Positions 44,244 to 53,760 of a DNA stretch of 64,000 bases are shown here, in pieces. Position numbers and translations under genes: made by a program. The notes below the pieces were generated by a model. That model was given only the letters and a program-made list of their open reading frames with translations, searched no databases and had not been told where the DNA came from. Numbering within the stretch: the stretch's first letter is position 1; each line of letters opens with the position of its first letter. Source of the stretch: Calditrichia bacterium (GTDB taxonomy: Bacteria; Calditrichota; Calditrichia; JAJRVZ01). Location of the stretch: contig CAWCNS010000005.1 of assembly GCA_963796965.1 (NCBI GenBank), positions 32,001 through 96,000 of the forward strand, read 5' to 3'.

Positions 44244-45599
44244 TTACTTAACCAACTCCAGATAAGCACACAACGTATTGATATTCCGGTTAAATACAGC
44301 ACTGCTGATACGATCCTTTACCTCATATTCCCCGTTCCAACGCACACCTGGTGTAAGTTTTTTAAACCTATCATTCATACTTACCCAGCGACCAAGCGCA
44401 TCCTGAGCAGCAAGAATGGCTTTCACTTCAGCTATCAGTTTTTCTGCCTTTTGTTTGCGGTTAAGTTCAGGTTTCTCTGCATCATTTTTTTGATGAATAG
44501 CCTCAAATCGATTCTTTACCTGCTGTATTTGCTCTGCCAGATCGCTTTCATAACCATACCCGGTACGACGTTCGATGTGTAATTCCTCTGTCGAGTTTAC
44601 ACGGATTCTGCCACGGTCGTAATACAAGGATTTGCCTGTGCCGATCTCCACAAACCGTGCCCATTTACCGTTTGGCAAACGGATATCATCCAGCCAGCGA
44701 ATGGCATCTGGAATCGGGGTCAGGTATAGTCTATTGTTTGTGAACCGGTACAAATCCATTAATGTAAATAGATTGTTTACTGTTACGGCAGGACATACGG
44801 CAGGTGGTTCGAAATCGCGGGCCCAGGCCGGTTGCAGAAATTCATTGTACTGCTGTGCCCACCCTGGCTGGGGTGGCGGCAGCTGCGAGATCATCATAAA
44901 CCGACCTACTTTATTCAAACATTGGCGATACGTATCCTTGCCATAGTAGCGAATCGCATCCATCATGGTGTTGATGCAGTCATTGATACCACGATCATTA
45001 AACGTAGCGTAGTCATGATAGTCGCCACGCGGCGGATACCTGTGTGGCCATCCGCCATTATCCAGTTGCGCATCGATCATAAGTTGCAGAGATTTCTCGA
45101 TCGCTGTTGTCAACGAATCGTTGTCAACGTGTTGGTCAAGCGCCATGAGAAAACGGATGGCACTCTGTGTCTGGTCATCATCAAAACTGACCCATCGGCC
45201 TCTCGGGCGATTAAAACGGATCGTATGTTCCCAGCCACCACGTTCATTCTGGCCACGAATCAAGGCGAATCCCGCATCCCTGGCCGCTTTCAGATGATCC
45301 GGATTTCCGGTTATCCGGTAGGCGTTCAGAAAGGTCATCCCCACGGCAGGGGTGCCGGGTGGCTGGACTTCAATCGTGTGTTCATCGGTCCGGTTTTCAC
45401 CCCAGCGTTCCTTCAAGTCAGTCGTAACAAAGTATACGTAACCACCGTGGGTGTTGATAGAATAAAAAAAGGCAATGCCTTTGTCAACTGCTTGTCTGGC
45501 GGATTCTGTTAGAGCGTCCCCCTCATCACCTGCGATTGATAAAGAGCTGTTGATCAATACAATCAGAATCCCTGTAATCGTTCTAAAATTCTTTTTCAT
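44244..45599 (-). CDS. Pectate lyase, PL10 (pectic acid lyase)-like
   Basis: SFDDDQTQSAIRFL, QLDNGGWP, YATFND and WAQQYNEFLQPAWARDFEPPA. Confidence 0.8.
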   Translation of the reverse strand: MKKNFRTITGILIVLINSSLSIAGDEGDALTESARQAVDKGIAFFYSINTHGGYVYFVTTDLKERWGENRTDEHTIEVQPPGTPAVGMTFLNAYRITGNPDHLKAARDAGFALIRGQNERGGWEHTIRFNRPRGRWVSFDDDQTQSAIRFLMALDQHVDNDSLTTAIEKSLQLMIDAQLDNGGWPHRYPPRGDYHDYATFNDRGINDCINTMMDAIRYYGKDTYRQCLNKVGRFMMISQLPPPQPGWAQQYNEFLQPAWARDFEPPAVCPAVTVNNLFTLMDLYRFTNNRLYLTPIPDAIRWLDDIRLPNGKWARFVEIGTGKSLYYDRGRIRVNSTEELHIERRTGYGYESDLAEQIQQVKNRFEAIHQKNDAEKPELNRKQKAEKLIAEVKAILAAQDALGRWVSMNDRFKKLTPGVRWNGEYEVKDRISSAVFNRNINTLCAYLELVK

Positions 45600-45829
45600 C
45601 TTCTCTTTCGAATGTTATTAATAGTGTCATCTCGCCTGTCCCGATGGTCATTTATCGGGGATAAAATCGGGATATTTATTTATCTTAGAAGCCCCCTATA
45701 ATGGGCAGTTTTGATCGTTATTTCATCACAAGAAATTGATTTTGAAAAAAGTACAACGCTTCGTCGTTTGGATTTGTAAACACTTTAACCGTGAACAGAT
45801 ACTCAATATTGTTGATGAGATTTACATTA

Positions 45830-46264
45830 AACTGCAAAGCAGTTAAACATGAATAACTTCGGGTAAAACCCGAAGACATAAGCAATCAATAACTTCCAAA
45901 CTGCGAAGCAGTTTAATTATTATTGAGACAATACCCGTTTATAATAAATACTTCTCGTCAAACTCAATCTTGAACTCTTTTAATAATCTCTTATACTCAT
46001 CAATAAACGTCTCAGTTTTATGATGTTTAACCTGGTTTTTTACATATTCTATTACTTTATCTTTCTCATGAATCGAATAGATAATCGCCCCATATCCAAT
46101 TTGCCACTTGGAAAAACCTGGAAAGATATTTTCATTTTTTATCATTTCCGAACTTGCTAACTAATAACCTTTAATATTCAACTCCTTTAGAGTTGAAGTT
46201 CTTTTTTAATTTAATCTTCCCCGAATTACATTCGGGGTTATTCATTTTCAATTCCTTCGGAATT
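45830..46264 (-). mobile_element. IS200/IS605-type (Y1 HUH) tnpA 3' fragment (45939-46145) flanked by inverted composite palindromic ends
   Basis: WQIGYG...VIEYVKNQVKHHK...EYKRLLKEF; the N-terminal HuH half is absent. Hairpin clusters at 45830-45914 and 46177-46264 share ATGAATAAC in inverted orientation. Confidence 0.8.
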
Positions 46265-46386
46265 AGATTGTATTATTATTATTGTCTGTGCCTTTTTAGT
46301 CCTATTTTTCATTTTATCATATCCCGAAGGGTTCGAGACTGTGTAAAAAGTTTACTACACCGCAACACCCTGAACTATTTCCAATT

Positions 46387-47481
46387 TCACAATTTCTCGT
46401 AATCAAAATTAATCGCTGTCTCATAGACGGCTAAAATATTTTCTAATGGCGCGTCATAGGGGATGCTGTTTTCCGGACTGATAATAAATCCACCGTTATA
46501 GCCAACGGTTTTAATACGTGTGATCACTTCCTTCCGAACATCATCAACAGTACCCAGTGGGATCGTATCCTGAACCGATATTGTCCCATGGAATGTCAAC
46601 TGATCGCCAAATTTTTTCTTTATCGCTACAGGATCCATGCAGGCTGATTGTATTGGGTTTAGGATATCTATACCACATTGGAGAAGCAGGGGAATGATAT
46701 CCTCAATATTGCCATCGCTGTGATAGAATATTTTGATATCCGGTTTAACTTTTTTGACTTGTTTAATCAGGTCTGTAAAACGGGGAACATCAAAACGTTC
46801 GAACAACGTTGGTGAAAAGAGCATTCCCAGTTGTCCTGCCACATCGCCGACCAGGGCAATAATGTCATAGCCGGCCCGGGCTGCGAGGACAGCTTTTCTG
46901 GTTTGGAAAGCATAAAGTTGGTCATAAAATAGTTCGACAAATTCGGGGTTAAGCATCATCATCTGTGATAAATGCTCGAAACCGGCAATATGCCAGGCTA
47001 ATTTAAAGGGGAATTCAATTTCGGTGATTGTAATATAGTCTTTGTATGGATCAAGGCTTTTGGAGATATCTCTTATCGAAGGATAGATCACTTCCGGTAA
47101 GGTCCAATCTCCAAGGATGTCCTTATCAACCAGCGGCCCATCTTTCCATTCCAGATACTTACCATCATCGCCGAGGCGTTGTACGATGCCCCATTGATCC
47201 TCAAAGGTCTGGTTATCGTGAAAGATAAACGATCCTCCGCCATTGGGCGCTTCCGGAGGCAGTACACCATTAATTCTTTTCTCAAATTCAGGATAACGGG
47301 CAGGGACATCAATCCAGCGGAAATCAATTTCCAGTTTCTGGAAAACATCTTCTGTCTTTTCCGTATTAAAATAGGCTTTCAGCGCATTAATTGTTTCTAC
47401 TCTGGGCCACATCAAATCCAGCGGTAACCGGTCCGGGATTTGATACGTCAGGGTTTTAGTAAATCTTTCTTTTGATGTCAT
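46387..47481 (-). CDS. Uroporphyrinogen decarboxylase / MtaA-CmuA family protein
   Basis: MTSKERF, PDRLP, DQWG, FYHSDG, DILNPIQ, GTISVQ and GGFIISP. Confidence 0.88.
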   Translation of the reverse strand: MTSKERFTKTLTYQIPDRLPLDLMWPRVETINALKAYFNTEKTEDVFQKLEIDFRWIDVPARYPEFEKRINGVLPPEAPNGGGSFIFHDNQTFEDQWGIVQRLGDDGKYLEWKDGPLVDKDILGDWTLPEVIYPSIRDISKSLDPYKDYITITEIEFPFKLAWHIAGFEHLSQMMMLNPEFVELFYDQLYAFQTRKAVLAARAGYDIIALVGDVAGQLGMLFSPTLFERFDVPRFTDLIKQVKKVKPDIKIFYHSDGNIEDIIPLLLQCGIDILNPIQSACMDPVAIKKKFGDQLTFHGTISVQDTIPLGTVDDVRKEVITRIKTVGYNGGFIISPENSIPYDAPLENILAVYETAINFDYEKL

Positions 47482-47875
47482 TACATTTCTCCCTTTCCTT
47501 TTAGGAAGGGGCCAGGGGTGAGGTCCAATTAGTAAACTACATTTTCTAATCTTATGCCAGGGTTCTCTTTCCCGGAGAGATCTAATATCCAACAGTTGGT
47601 GAATATTTTCCTGAAGAATTATTGGACTCTTCTGAAGAAACCTGGGAAAGAGTGATCTCTATCGCAGGCTGTCATAGCCTTTCAGGTTTTTTGTTTAAAT
47701 AATAAGAGACACTTTTAATAATAACAAATATAATTCAAATATTTCTTTCGTCGTCGATGCATTAAACAGGCATAAAATAAAAATGTGCATTTTTAAGTTA
47801 TTATTCCGGTTTAGAAATAATAATCCACCCTAAGCAGTTAAATAAATAAATCATTCTAAACAGAAAGGAAAAACC

Positions 47876-48733
47876 ATGATGAATAGATTTTATATACTCA
47901 GTCTGATTTGCTTTTTAAGTTTTAATCTGCTGTATGCCCAGGAACTAAAAACGCCCGCGCCCAGTCCGCTCGGAACCGTAACGCAAATGGTCGGATTGAC
48001 CGAGGTGTCCGTCTCCTATTCACGTCCCGGAGTTAAAGGGCGTGAAATTTTTGGTGGGCTCCTGCCTTTCGGTGATCTCTGGCGCACCGGTGCCAATATG
48101 TCAACAACGCTCATGTTCAGCGATGAGGTAACTATTGACGGAAGAAAAGTCCCTGCCGGAAAATACGCCCTTTTTACTATTCCGGAAAAAAATGAGTGGA
48201 CCGTCATTATATCGAAAGATATTGGTCCGGGAGCGTCCAAGTACAGCGAGAAAAATGATGTCCACCGCTTTAAAGTTACCCCCGGTACGTTAAGCACACC
48301 TGTTGAACGTCTGACAATTGAGATCGCCGAAATGACCGACAGCGGGGCACGCTTTGTGTTGAGATGGGCTACAACGGAAATCTCATTTCCATTCACGGTA
48401 GATACGGATGGCAAAGTGATGGGCCAGATTAATCAGATTATGAAAGACCCGGAACTGAAAGATCCTGGTGTTTTCTACGCGGCATCCAATTATTACTTCA
48501 ACACCGATAGAGATCTTAAACAGGCATTAACCTGGGTCAGCAAGGCGGTTGAATTAAAACCAGATGCATTCTGGATGAGTCGTTTAAAATCCCGGATACA
48601 GGCAAAAATGGGTGACTACAAAATGGCCATAGAGAGTGCTGAGCTGAGTATGAAAGAATCTGAGAAAGCCGGCAACAAGCAATATGTTCGGTTTAACCAA
48701 GAGGCTATTTCTGAATGGACGGCAAAATTATAA
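47876..48733 (+). CDS. DUF2911 family exported protein with TPR-like C-terminus
   Basis: PAPSP, YSRPGVKGREIFGGL, WRTGAN and GKYALFTIP. Confidence 0.88.
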   Translation: MMNRFYILSLICFLSFNLLYAQELKTPAPSPLGTVTQMVGLTEVSVSYSRPGVKGREIFGGLLPFGDLWRTGANMSTTLMFSDEVTIDGRKVPAGKYALFTIPEKNEWTVIISKDIGPGASKYSEKNDVHRFKVTPGTLSTPVERLTIEIAEMTDSGARFVLRWATTEISFPFTVDTDGKVMGQINQIMKDPELKDPGVFYAASNYYFNTDRDLKQALTWVSKAVELKPDAFWMSRLKSRIQAKMGDYKMAIESAELSMKESEKAGNKQYVRFNQEAISEWTAKL

Positions 48734-48741
48734 ACGAAGGT

Positions 48742-48778
48742 AAAAAAATCCCGACCCAGTCGGGATTTTTTATTTTTA
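48742..48778. terminator. Bidirectional intrinsic terminator
   Basis: AAAAAATCCCGAC-CCA-GTCGGGATTTTTT between convergent genes. Confidence 0.85.
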
Positions 48779-48788
48779 TATTCTACTG

Positions 48789-50327
48789 TCAAACCTTTGA
48801 AATATTAACCCAATCCAATCCAATCTTTCCACAAGCATAGTCCATCTCCTGCATATAATCACCACAGGCCATCATCCAATGAAATCCTCGATGATCGCGA
48901 AGCAATTTTTCCCAGTCCCCATCAATTTTGATATCATATTGCGAACGGCATATATCATAAAAAGGATTCTCTTCTACGGTACCCGTAAATCCCAGCCATT
49001 CTTTCTGACCGCTATCAGGACATATCATCGTGATTTTGGTGCCGATCGGCAATTCAACTTTGGGGGTTGCGCCATAATCCGATTCATAATGGGTGACCAC
49101 CTTGGCTAATGCGTAATTCTGACCATCCATGCGACGCGGGGCTGTACAATGAGCGGCGGTTACAATACCGGCATGGGGGTAGGTTGGGTCATTGAGAAAT
49201 ACAGGTTTGCCGGATAAGTAATGTAAGAGAATTCCCGATGGAATCACATTGAAATCGGATTCACAAAAAGCGACCAGACCTTCGTCATTAAGTAGACTGA
49301 GCGGTAAACAGGCGGTTGTCTCTGACATAGGGATCACCGTTGACATGCATTCCTTTATCGTGAATATATTCGTATTTGCCTCAATCATTAGATCTTTAAA
49401 TATATCATGAAGAATAAATGCATTTACCAGGAATTGTCTATCCGTATGCAGGCTGGTATCATTTAATGATAGATATTTCTCTGTCGCTTTTTCGGCATTA
49501 TTAACCCTGTTTGGGTCTTTCCGGGCACTTTTGATTCTTAGTTCCAACTCCTTATAATTGACCTCCTGAATATCGAGTTTAAATTTATCCTGTGAGACTT
49601 CAGGAGCAAGGGGACAGCACCATCCACCACTTCCACCAAGAGCAACGATCCGTTTACCGATAAAATTTTTAACCCCATACAGGGCTTTCAGTTTATAGCG
49701 CATTTCATCGTAATCATCCACTATAACATCATGAATATCCATGCCTGCTGGGTTCCGATAGCTATCCAATTCAAATTCAGCGCCACCTTTACGCAAAAAA
49801 CGGTTATGGATTATTTCATACCACAAATAGATGGGACCGGAACGATGTCTTAAAAATATCAAATTATCTCTCTTATCTGAAAAACAAGCTTCCAACATAC
49901 TCGTGCCACCGGAAGCGGCATAGACGATGGGTACATCATAACCTGACGATTTCTCTAAATTTACTGCCTCCTCTTGTGATTTAACTTTGAGAAGCGGTAG
50001 AATCTCAAGAGGAAAATCTGCTTTTTGCGTCAGGTTTTTTAGTTCAACAGAAATCCGCTTGACTTCCGAATCGACATCCTGTTCTGTATGCAACCCTCCC
50101 CATGGTCTCCAAGAGGTTGCCTCCCTCCTTTGATGAATTGAATATAGTAAAACAGGTTGTACACGTAGTTTTTTTCCGGACACTTTGTAGGGCTCATTGG
50201 GATTCCAATCCTGATTGGCCCCCCTGGAAAGATAAGGATACATAAGACTCGCACCTGCGATACCAAGTGCAGATATACCAATAAATTCACGCCTATTCAT
50301 CTCTGATTTGTTACATTCACAACACAT
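48789..50327 (-). CDS. L-fucose/L-arabinose isomerase-superfamily protein with Tat signal
   Basis: NRREFIG twin-arginine motif; CLPLSLLND, CESD, AHCTAPR, CRSQ and GFHWMM. Confidence 0.72.
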   Translation of the reverse strand: MCCECNKSEMNRREFIGISALGIAGASLMYPYLSRGANQDWNPNEPYKVSGKKLRVQPVLLYSIHQRREATSWRPWGGLHTEQDVDSEVKRISVELKNLTQKADFPLEILPLLKVKSQEEAVNLEKSSGYDVPIVYAASGGTSMLEACFSDKRDNLIFLRHRSGPIYLWYEIIHNRFLRKGGAEFELDSYRNPAGMDIHDVIVDDYDEMRYKLKALYGVKNFIGKRIVALGGSGGWCCPLAPEVSQDKFKLDIQEVNYKELELRIKSARKDPNRVNNAEKATEKYLSLNDTSLHTDRQFLVNAFILHDIFKDLMIEANTNIFTIKECMSTVIPMSETTACLPLSLLNDEGLVAFCESDFNVIPSGILLHYLSGKPVFLNDPTYPHAGIVTAAHCTAPRRMDGQNYALAKVVTHYESDYGATPKVELPIGTKITMICPDSGQKEWLGFTGTVEENPFYDICRSQYDIKIDGDWEKLLRDHRGFHWMMACGDYMQEMDYACGKIGLDWVNISKV

Positions 50328-50862
50328 GACAGACTCCCGGTTTTTATTGCTTGTCTTAGCCCACTTAATTCAGCTATCTCATCTATATTTGTTTAGACTT
50401 GATTATCAGGATAATTCATTTCCCAAAAAGACGTTGAGAAACTTATAAAATAGCTCAAGTTTATTGTTTGTGGGAAATAAATCACAACCAATATACAAAA
50501 AAAGTTCTTTTGATACTAAACTTGAGGCCTTTTGGTCATCTCTTATTTTACCTCTACGGAAATAAGATATTATCACATTTAACTTATAAACATACAAATA
50601 TTGTATAAAATCGTTAATAATTGAAAATATATTTAACTCGCCCATCTTTTACATTACTTTTACATTTCTTCCCTTAAATAAGTATTAACATGGATTTTTG
50701 CAATTTTTTAAATCATAAATTAATAATTACAAATATCCAATTTGAAAGCATTTCTGATTGTTTTACTGCTGATGTTGAAAACAAACTGAACTACAGAATA
50801 GCGAAGAATAGGGGGAGACAATTCATACAATAACAAAATCAGAGAACAGACCGGATAACAAC

Positions 50863-51843
50863 GTGTCTTCAAATAAAGAAATAATTGCGAAATATACACA
50901 ACCCGATTGGGGCAGAAGTATCTGGCAGGTGGCAAATTCCTTCATTCCTTATATCCTGTTGGTGATAGCGATGTATTTCAGCCTTAATATTTCCTATTGG
51001 CTTACATTGGCTCTGGCGATACCAGCCGGCGGATTTATGATTCGCATCTTTATCATTTTCCATGATTGTGGTCATGGTTCATATTTTCCCTCCCGACAGG
51101 CGAATAGTATTGTCGGTTTTTTGGCCGGTTTAATCACATTTGCTCCCTATAACCATTGGAATCATAAACATGCTATACATCATGCTACTTCTGGCGATCT
51201 GGATAGAAGAGGGATGGGAGATGTCTGGACCCTGACGGTAAAAGAATATCAGGAGACTTCAAAACAGGAGCGGTTCCATTATCAAATATTCAGGAATCCT
51301 GTGCTTATGTTAGTAATTGGTCCACTATATATGTTTCTGATCTATAACCGTTTTGTCACCGGAAAGGCCACAGCACGCGAACGACATTATGTCTATGCGA
51401 CAAATATGGCACTTCTCGCCATTATAATCGTCGCCACCTTAACCATTGGTTTTAAGGCCTATGTTCTGATTCAATTACCGATTCTTATGATAGGTGGTTC
51501 AGCCGGTGTTTGGCTATTTTATGTTCAGCATCAATTCGATGGCGTGTACTGGTCCCGTCATGAGGATTGGAATTTCGAGGATGCTGCCGTAGAAGGCAGT
51601 TCGTTTTATAAATTGCCCAAAATTCTGCAATGGTTTTCCGGGAATATAGGCTTTCACCATGTACACCATTTAAGTTCAAGGATCCCCAATTATTATCTTG
51701 AATCATGCCATAAAGAAATACCTCAATTCCGGAATATCAAACCGCTGACATTCAGAAATAGTCTCAAATGTTTTACATACCGCTTATGGGATGAAGAAAA
51801 CAACAGACTGGTTGGCTATAATTATTTAAGAGGTACTGTCTAA
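50863..51843 (+). CDS. Membrane fatty acid desaturase (Bacillus Des-like)
   Basis: His boxes HDCGH, HAIHH and HHVHH; FYVQHQF. Confidence 0.92.
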   Translation: MSSNKEIIAKYTQPDWGRSIWQVANSFIPYILLVIAMYFSLNISYWLTLALAIPAGGFMIRIFIIFHDCGHGSYFPSRQANSIVGFLAGLITFAPYNHWNHKHAIHHATSGDLDRRGMGDVWTLTVKEYQETSKQERFHYQIFRNPVLMLVIGPLYMFLIYNRFVTGKATARERHYVYATNMALLAIIIVATLTIGFKAYVLIQLPILMIGGSAGVWLFYVQHQFDGVYWSRHEDWNFEDAAVEGSSFYKLPKILQWFSGNIGFHHVHHLSSRIPNYYLESCHKEIPQFRNIKPLTFRNSLKCFTYRLWDEENNRLVGYNYLRGTV

Positions 51844-51880
51844 ATTTGTATGAAAAAATGAAAAATGGATAATATAAAGA

Positions 51881-51935
51881 AACCACAGAGGGCCTAGTGC
51901 TCGCCCGAAGGGCGAGCACTAGGCCCTCTGTGGTT
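51881..51935. repeat. Perfect 26-bp-stem hairpin with GAA triloop (REP-like, probable terminator)
   Basis: AACCACAGAGGGCCTAGTGCTCGCCC-GAA-GGGCGAGCACTAGGCCCTCTGTGGTT. Confidence 0.85.
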
Positions 51936-51986
51936 ATTTTTTAGACAGCCATTTAAGAGATTGGATCACCATCATTTTTAATTTTG

Positions 51987-52901
51987 TTATTTATTTATTT
52001 TAAATTCAAACACATCCGGCCGGGCATAATGACCGGCAGCATCAAACATCCTTTTTGCTTCAATAATCTTGTTTAGATCAATCTCAGCATAGAGAATTTC
52101 TTCTTTCATTTCCACAGGGCCAGCGATGATTTCTCCCTGTGGACTCACGATACAACTCCTGCCGGAATTAATCCATTCTCGTCCTTCAGGATATAATTTC
52201 TTAAATTCATATCGATCTGGAATATCATCCATTTTAAGTGCCATACAACTACTGATGACATACATACCACCTTCTCTGGCAATATGTTTTATACTTAAAA
52301 GCCAATTGTCACTTTTGTCCCAGGTGGGAACGGCGTGGATTTGCGTTCCACCAACATACATGGCATGGCGGGCAAGTGGCATAAAATTTTCCCAACATAT
52401 GAGGCCACCCAGTTTTGCAAATGATGTCTCAAACACATTTATAGTACTGCCATCGCCCTGAGACCAAATTAAACGTTCACCTCCGGTGGCTATTAGTTTC
52501 CGGTGTTTGCCCATAATATTTCCCTGATCATCGATAAACAAAAGAGTATTATAAAGACTTGCATTACTTGCTTCGGCATTACGTTCATTCATTCCCATTA
52601 CAACGTAAATTTTAGATTTTTTAGCTGCTGCACAGAGTAAATCGGTTGATTCATCGGGAATTGTTACAGCATTCTGTACTAATTCGGAATATAATTCATT
52701 TAGAATTGCGCCTTTACTGTTTGGCACCACCCATGCCCAATCCGGGTAGCCGGGAATAAATGCCTCAGGAAACACGACCAATTTTGCACCATTTTTTCCG
52801 GCCTCAGCAATATACCGGCATGCTTTCTCCACGGTGGCTTTTTTATTTAAAAAAACCGGCGTGGCCTGTGCTGCGGCAACTTTAATCAGTTGATTATTCA
52901 T
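51987..52901 (-). CDS. Nitrilase (carbon-nitrogen hydrolase, branch 1)
   Basis: FPEAFIPGYP, HRKL, ICWEN and DAAGHYARPD. Confidence 0.92.
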   Translation of the reverse strand: MNNQLIKVAAAQATPVFLNKKATVEKACRYIAEAGKNGAKLVVFPEAFIPGYPDWAWVVPNSKGAILNELYSELVQNAVTIPDESTDLLCAAAKKSKIYVVMGMNERNAEASNASLYNTLLFIDDQGNIMGKHRKLIATGGERLIWSQGDGSTINVFETSFAKLGGLICWENFMPLARHAMYVGGTQIHAVPTWDKSDNWLLSIKHIAREGGMYVISSCMALKMDDIPDRYEFKKLYPEGREWINSGRSCIVSPQGEIIAGPVEMKEEILYAEIDLNKIIEAKRMFDAAGHYARPDVFEFKINK

Positions 52902-53221
52902 GGTCTGAGTCCTGGCCTGATTTGCAAATGGAAAAAGAAATGAAACTAAAACTAAAAAATATATATAGATCGTAAAACATAAGTCCTCTTATTGTGTTTA
53001 GGCTTTACCGTAATATGTTCAACTCGTATTTATGAAACTAAATTTCCTGACTGAAGACTATTTCAATGTTTATTTTAGATAAATATAGAAGTTACTATAA
53101 GATCTGGAGGCGAAATCGGGTGTGAAGGTGTGATGCTTTTTCTGTTGGAACTGGAGGGGACTTTCTCTGCTTCTTCAATTATTTTTATTCTGAGTTACAT
53201 GTTGGTTGTTTAATCAATGGG

Positions 53222-53260
53222 AGAAAATAAAACAGGGGTCTGAAAACTCAAACCCCTGTT
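53222..53260 (-). terminator. Intrinsic terminator on the minus strand
   Basis: Stem AACAGGGGT...ACCCCTGTT followed by TTTATTTTC on the minus strand. Confidence 0.75.
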
Positions 53261-53420
53261 AGTTGAATTAAGGAAACTCCAAAAGGCTTCGCTAGCAACC
53301 TTTAATGGAGGTTCCTATAAAAGATCGTGAATTGATAGGATCACCTCCTTCCTACAGGGAGTGGATCTTCACGCCAAAAACTGCCCTGTTTAGTTTACGG
53401 CGCAGCGTCATTTAATGACT
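53222..53420 (-). ncRNA. Candidate small RNA (or non-AUG micropeptide mRNA) carrying AAGGAGGUGAUCC
   Basis: 13-nt complement of the canonical 16S 3' end at 53338-53350, GC-rich stems upstream, terminator downstream, no ATG ORF. Confidence 0.45.
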
Positions 53421-53760
53421 TTTTATAATCGTTACAGCTAATATCAGTAGTTCTTATCTAATTATCGGATGCTTTTCCGTAAAAAATAAGTGATTTATAA
53501 TTTAAAGCCAATATTTTTCTTTTTTTATTCCCTATTTGAGTCATTTTCCTGGAATTCAATTTCGAATTATTATACAGTCATCCTATTATCGGGAATTTGT
53601 GTGAGGGTAATGCCATTGAAAAGAACCAACAAATATTGCTGAAACGGCGGAAAATTTTTATTGCTGAACCTATCAGGGTAATAAAACATGATTTAGATAA
53701 AAAAATGTTTATTTTGATTGTCAGATTGAGTAAATAGCGTCTTTCTGAAACTAGCGTAGG

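Noticed and set aside
44632..45512. Long antisense ORFs (e.g. 44832-45512 +, 36152-36541 -, 58114-58542 -)
   Set aside because: These are shadows of well-supported genes on the opposite strand, with no motifs of their own.
47482..47592. N-terminal extension of the UroD-family ORF
   Set aside because: It translates a REP-like palindrome (PHPWPLPKRKG). The family-typical start is MTSKERF at 47481.
53338..53350. 16S rRNA gene 3' end
   Set aside because: Only GGATCACCTCCTT matches. The conserved upstream 16S sequence (GTAACAAGGTAGCCGTA...GCGGCTG) is absent.
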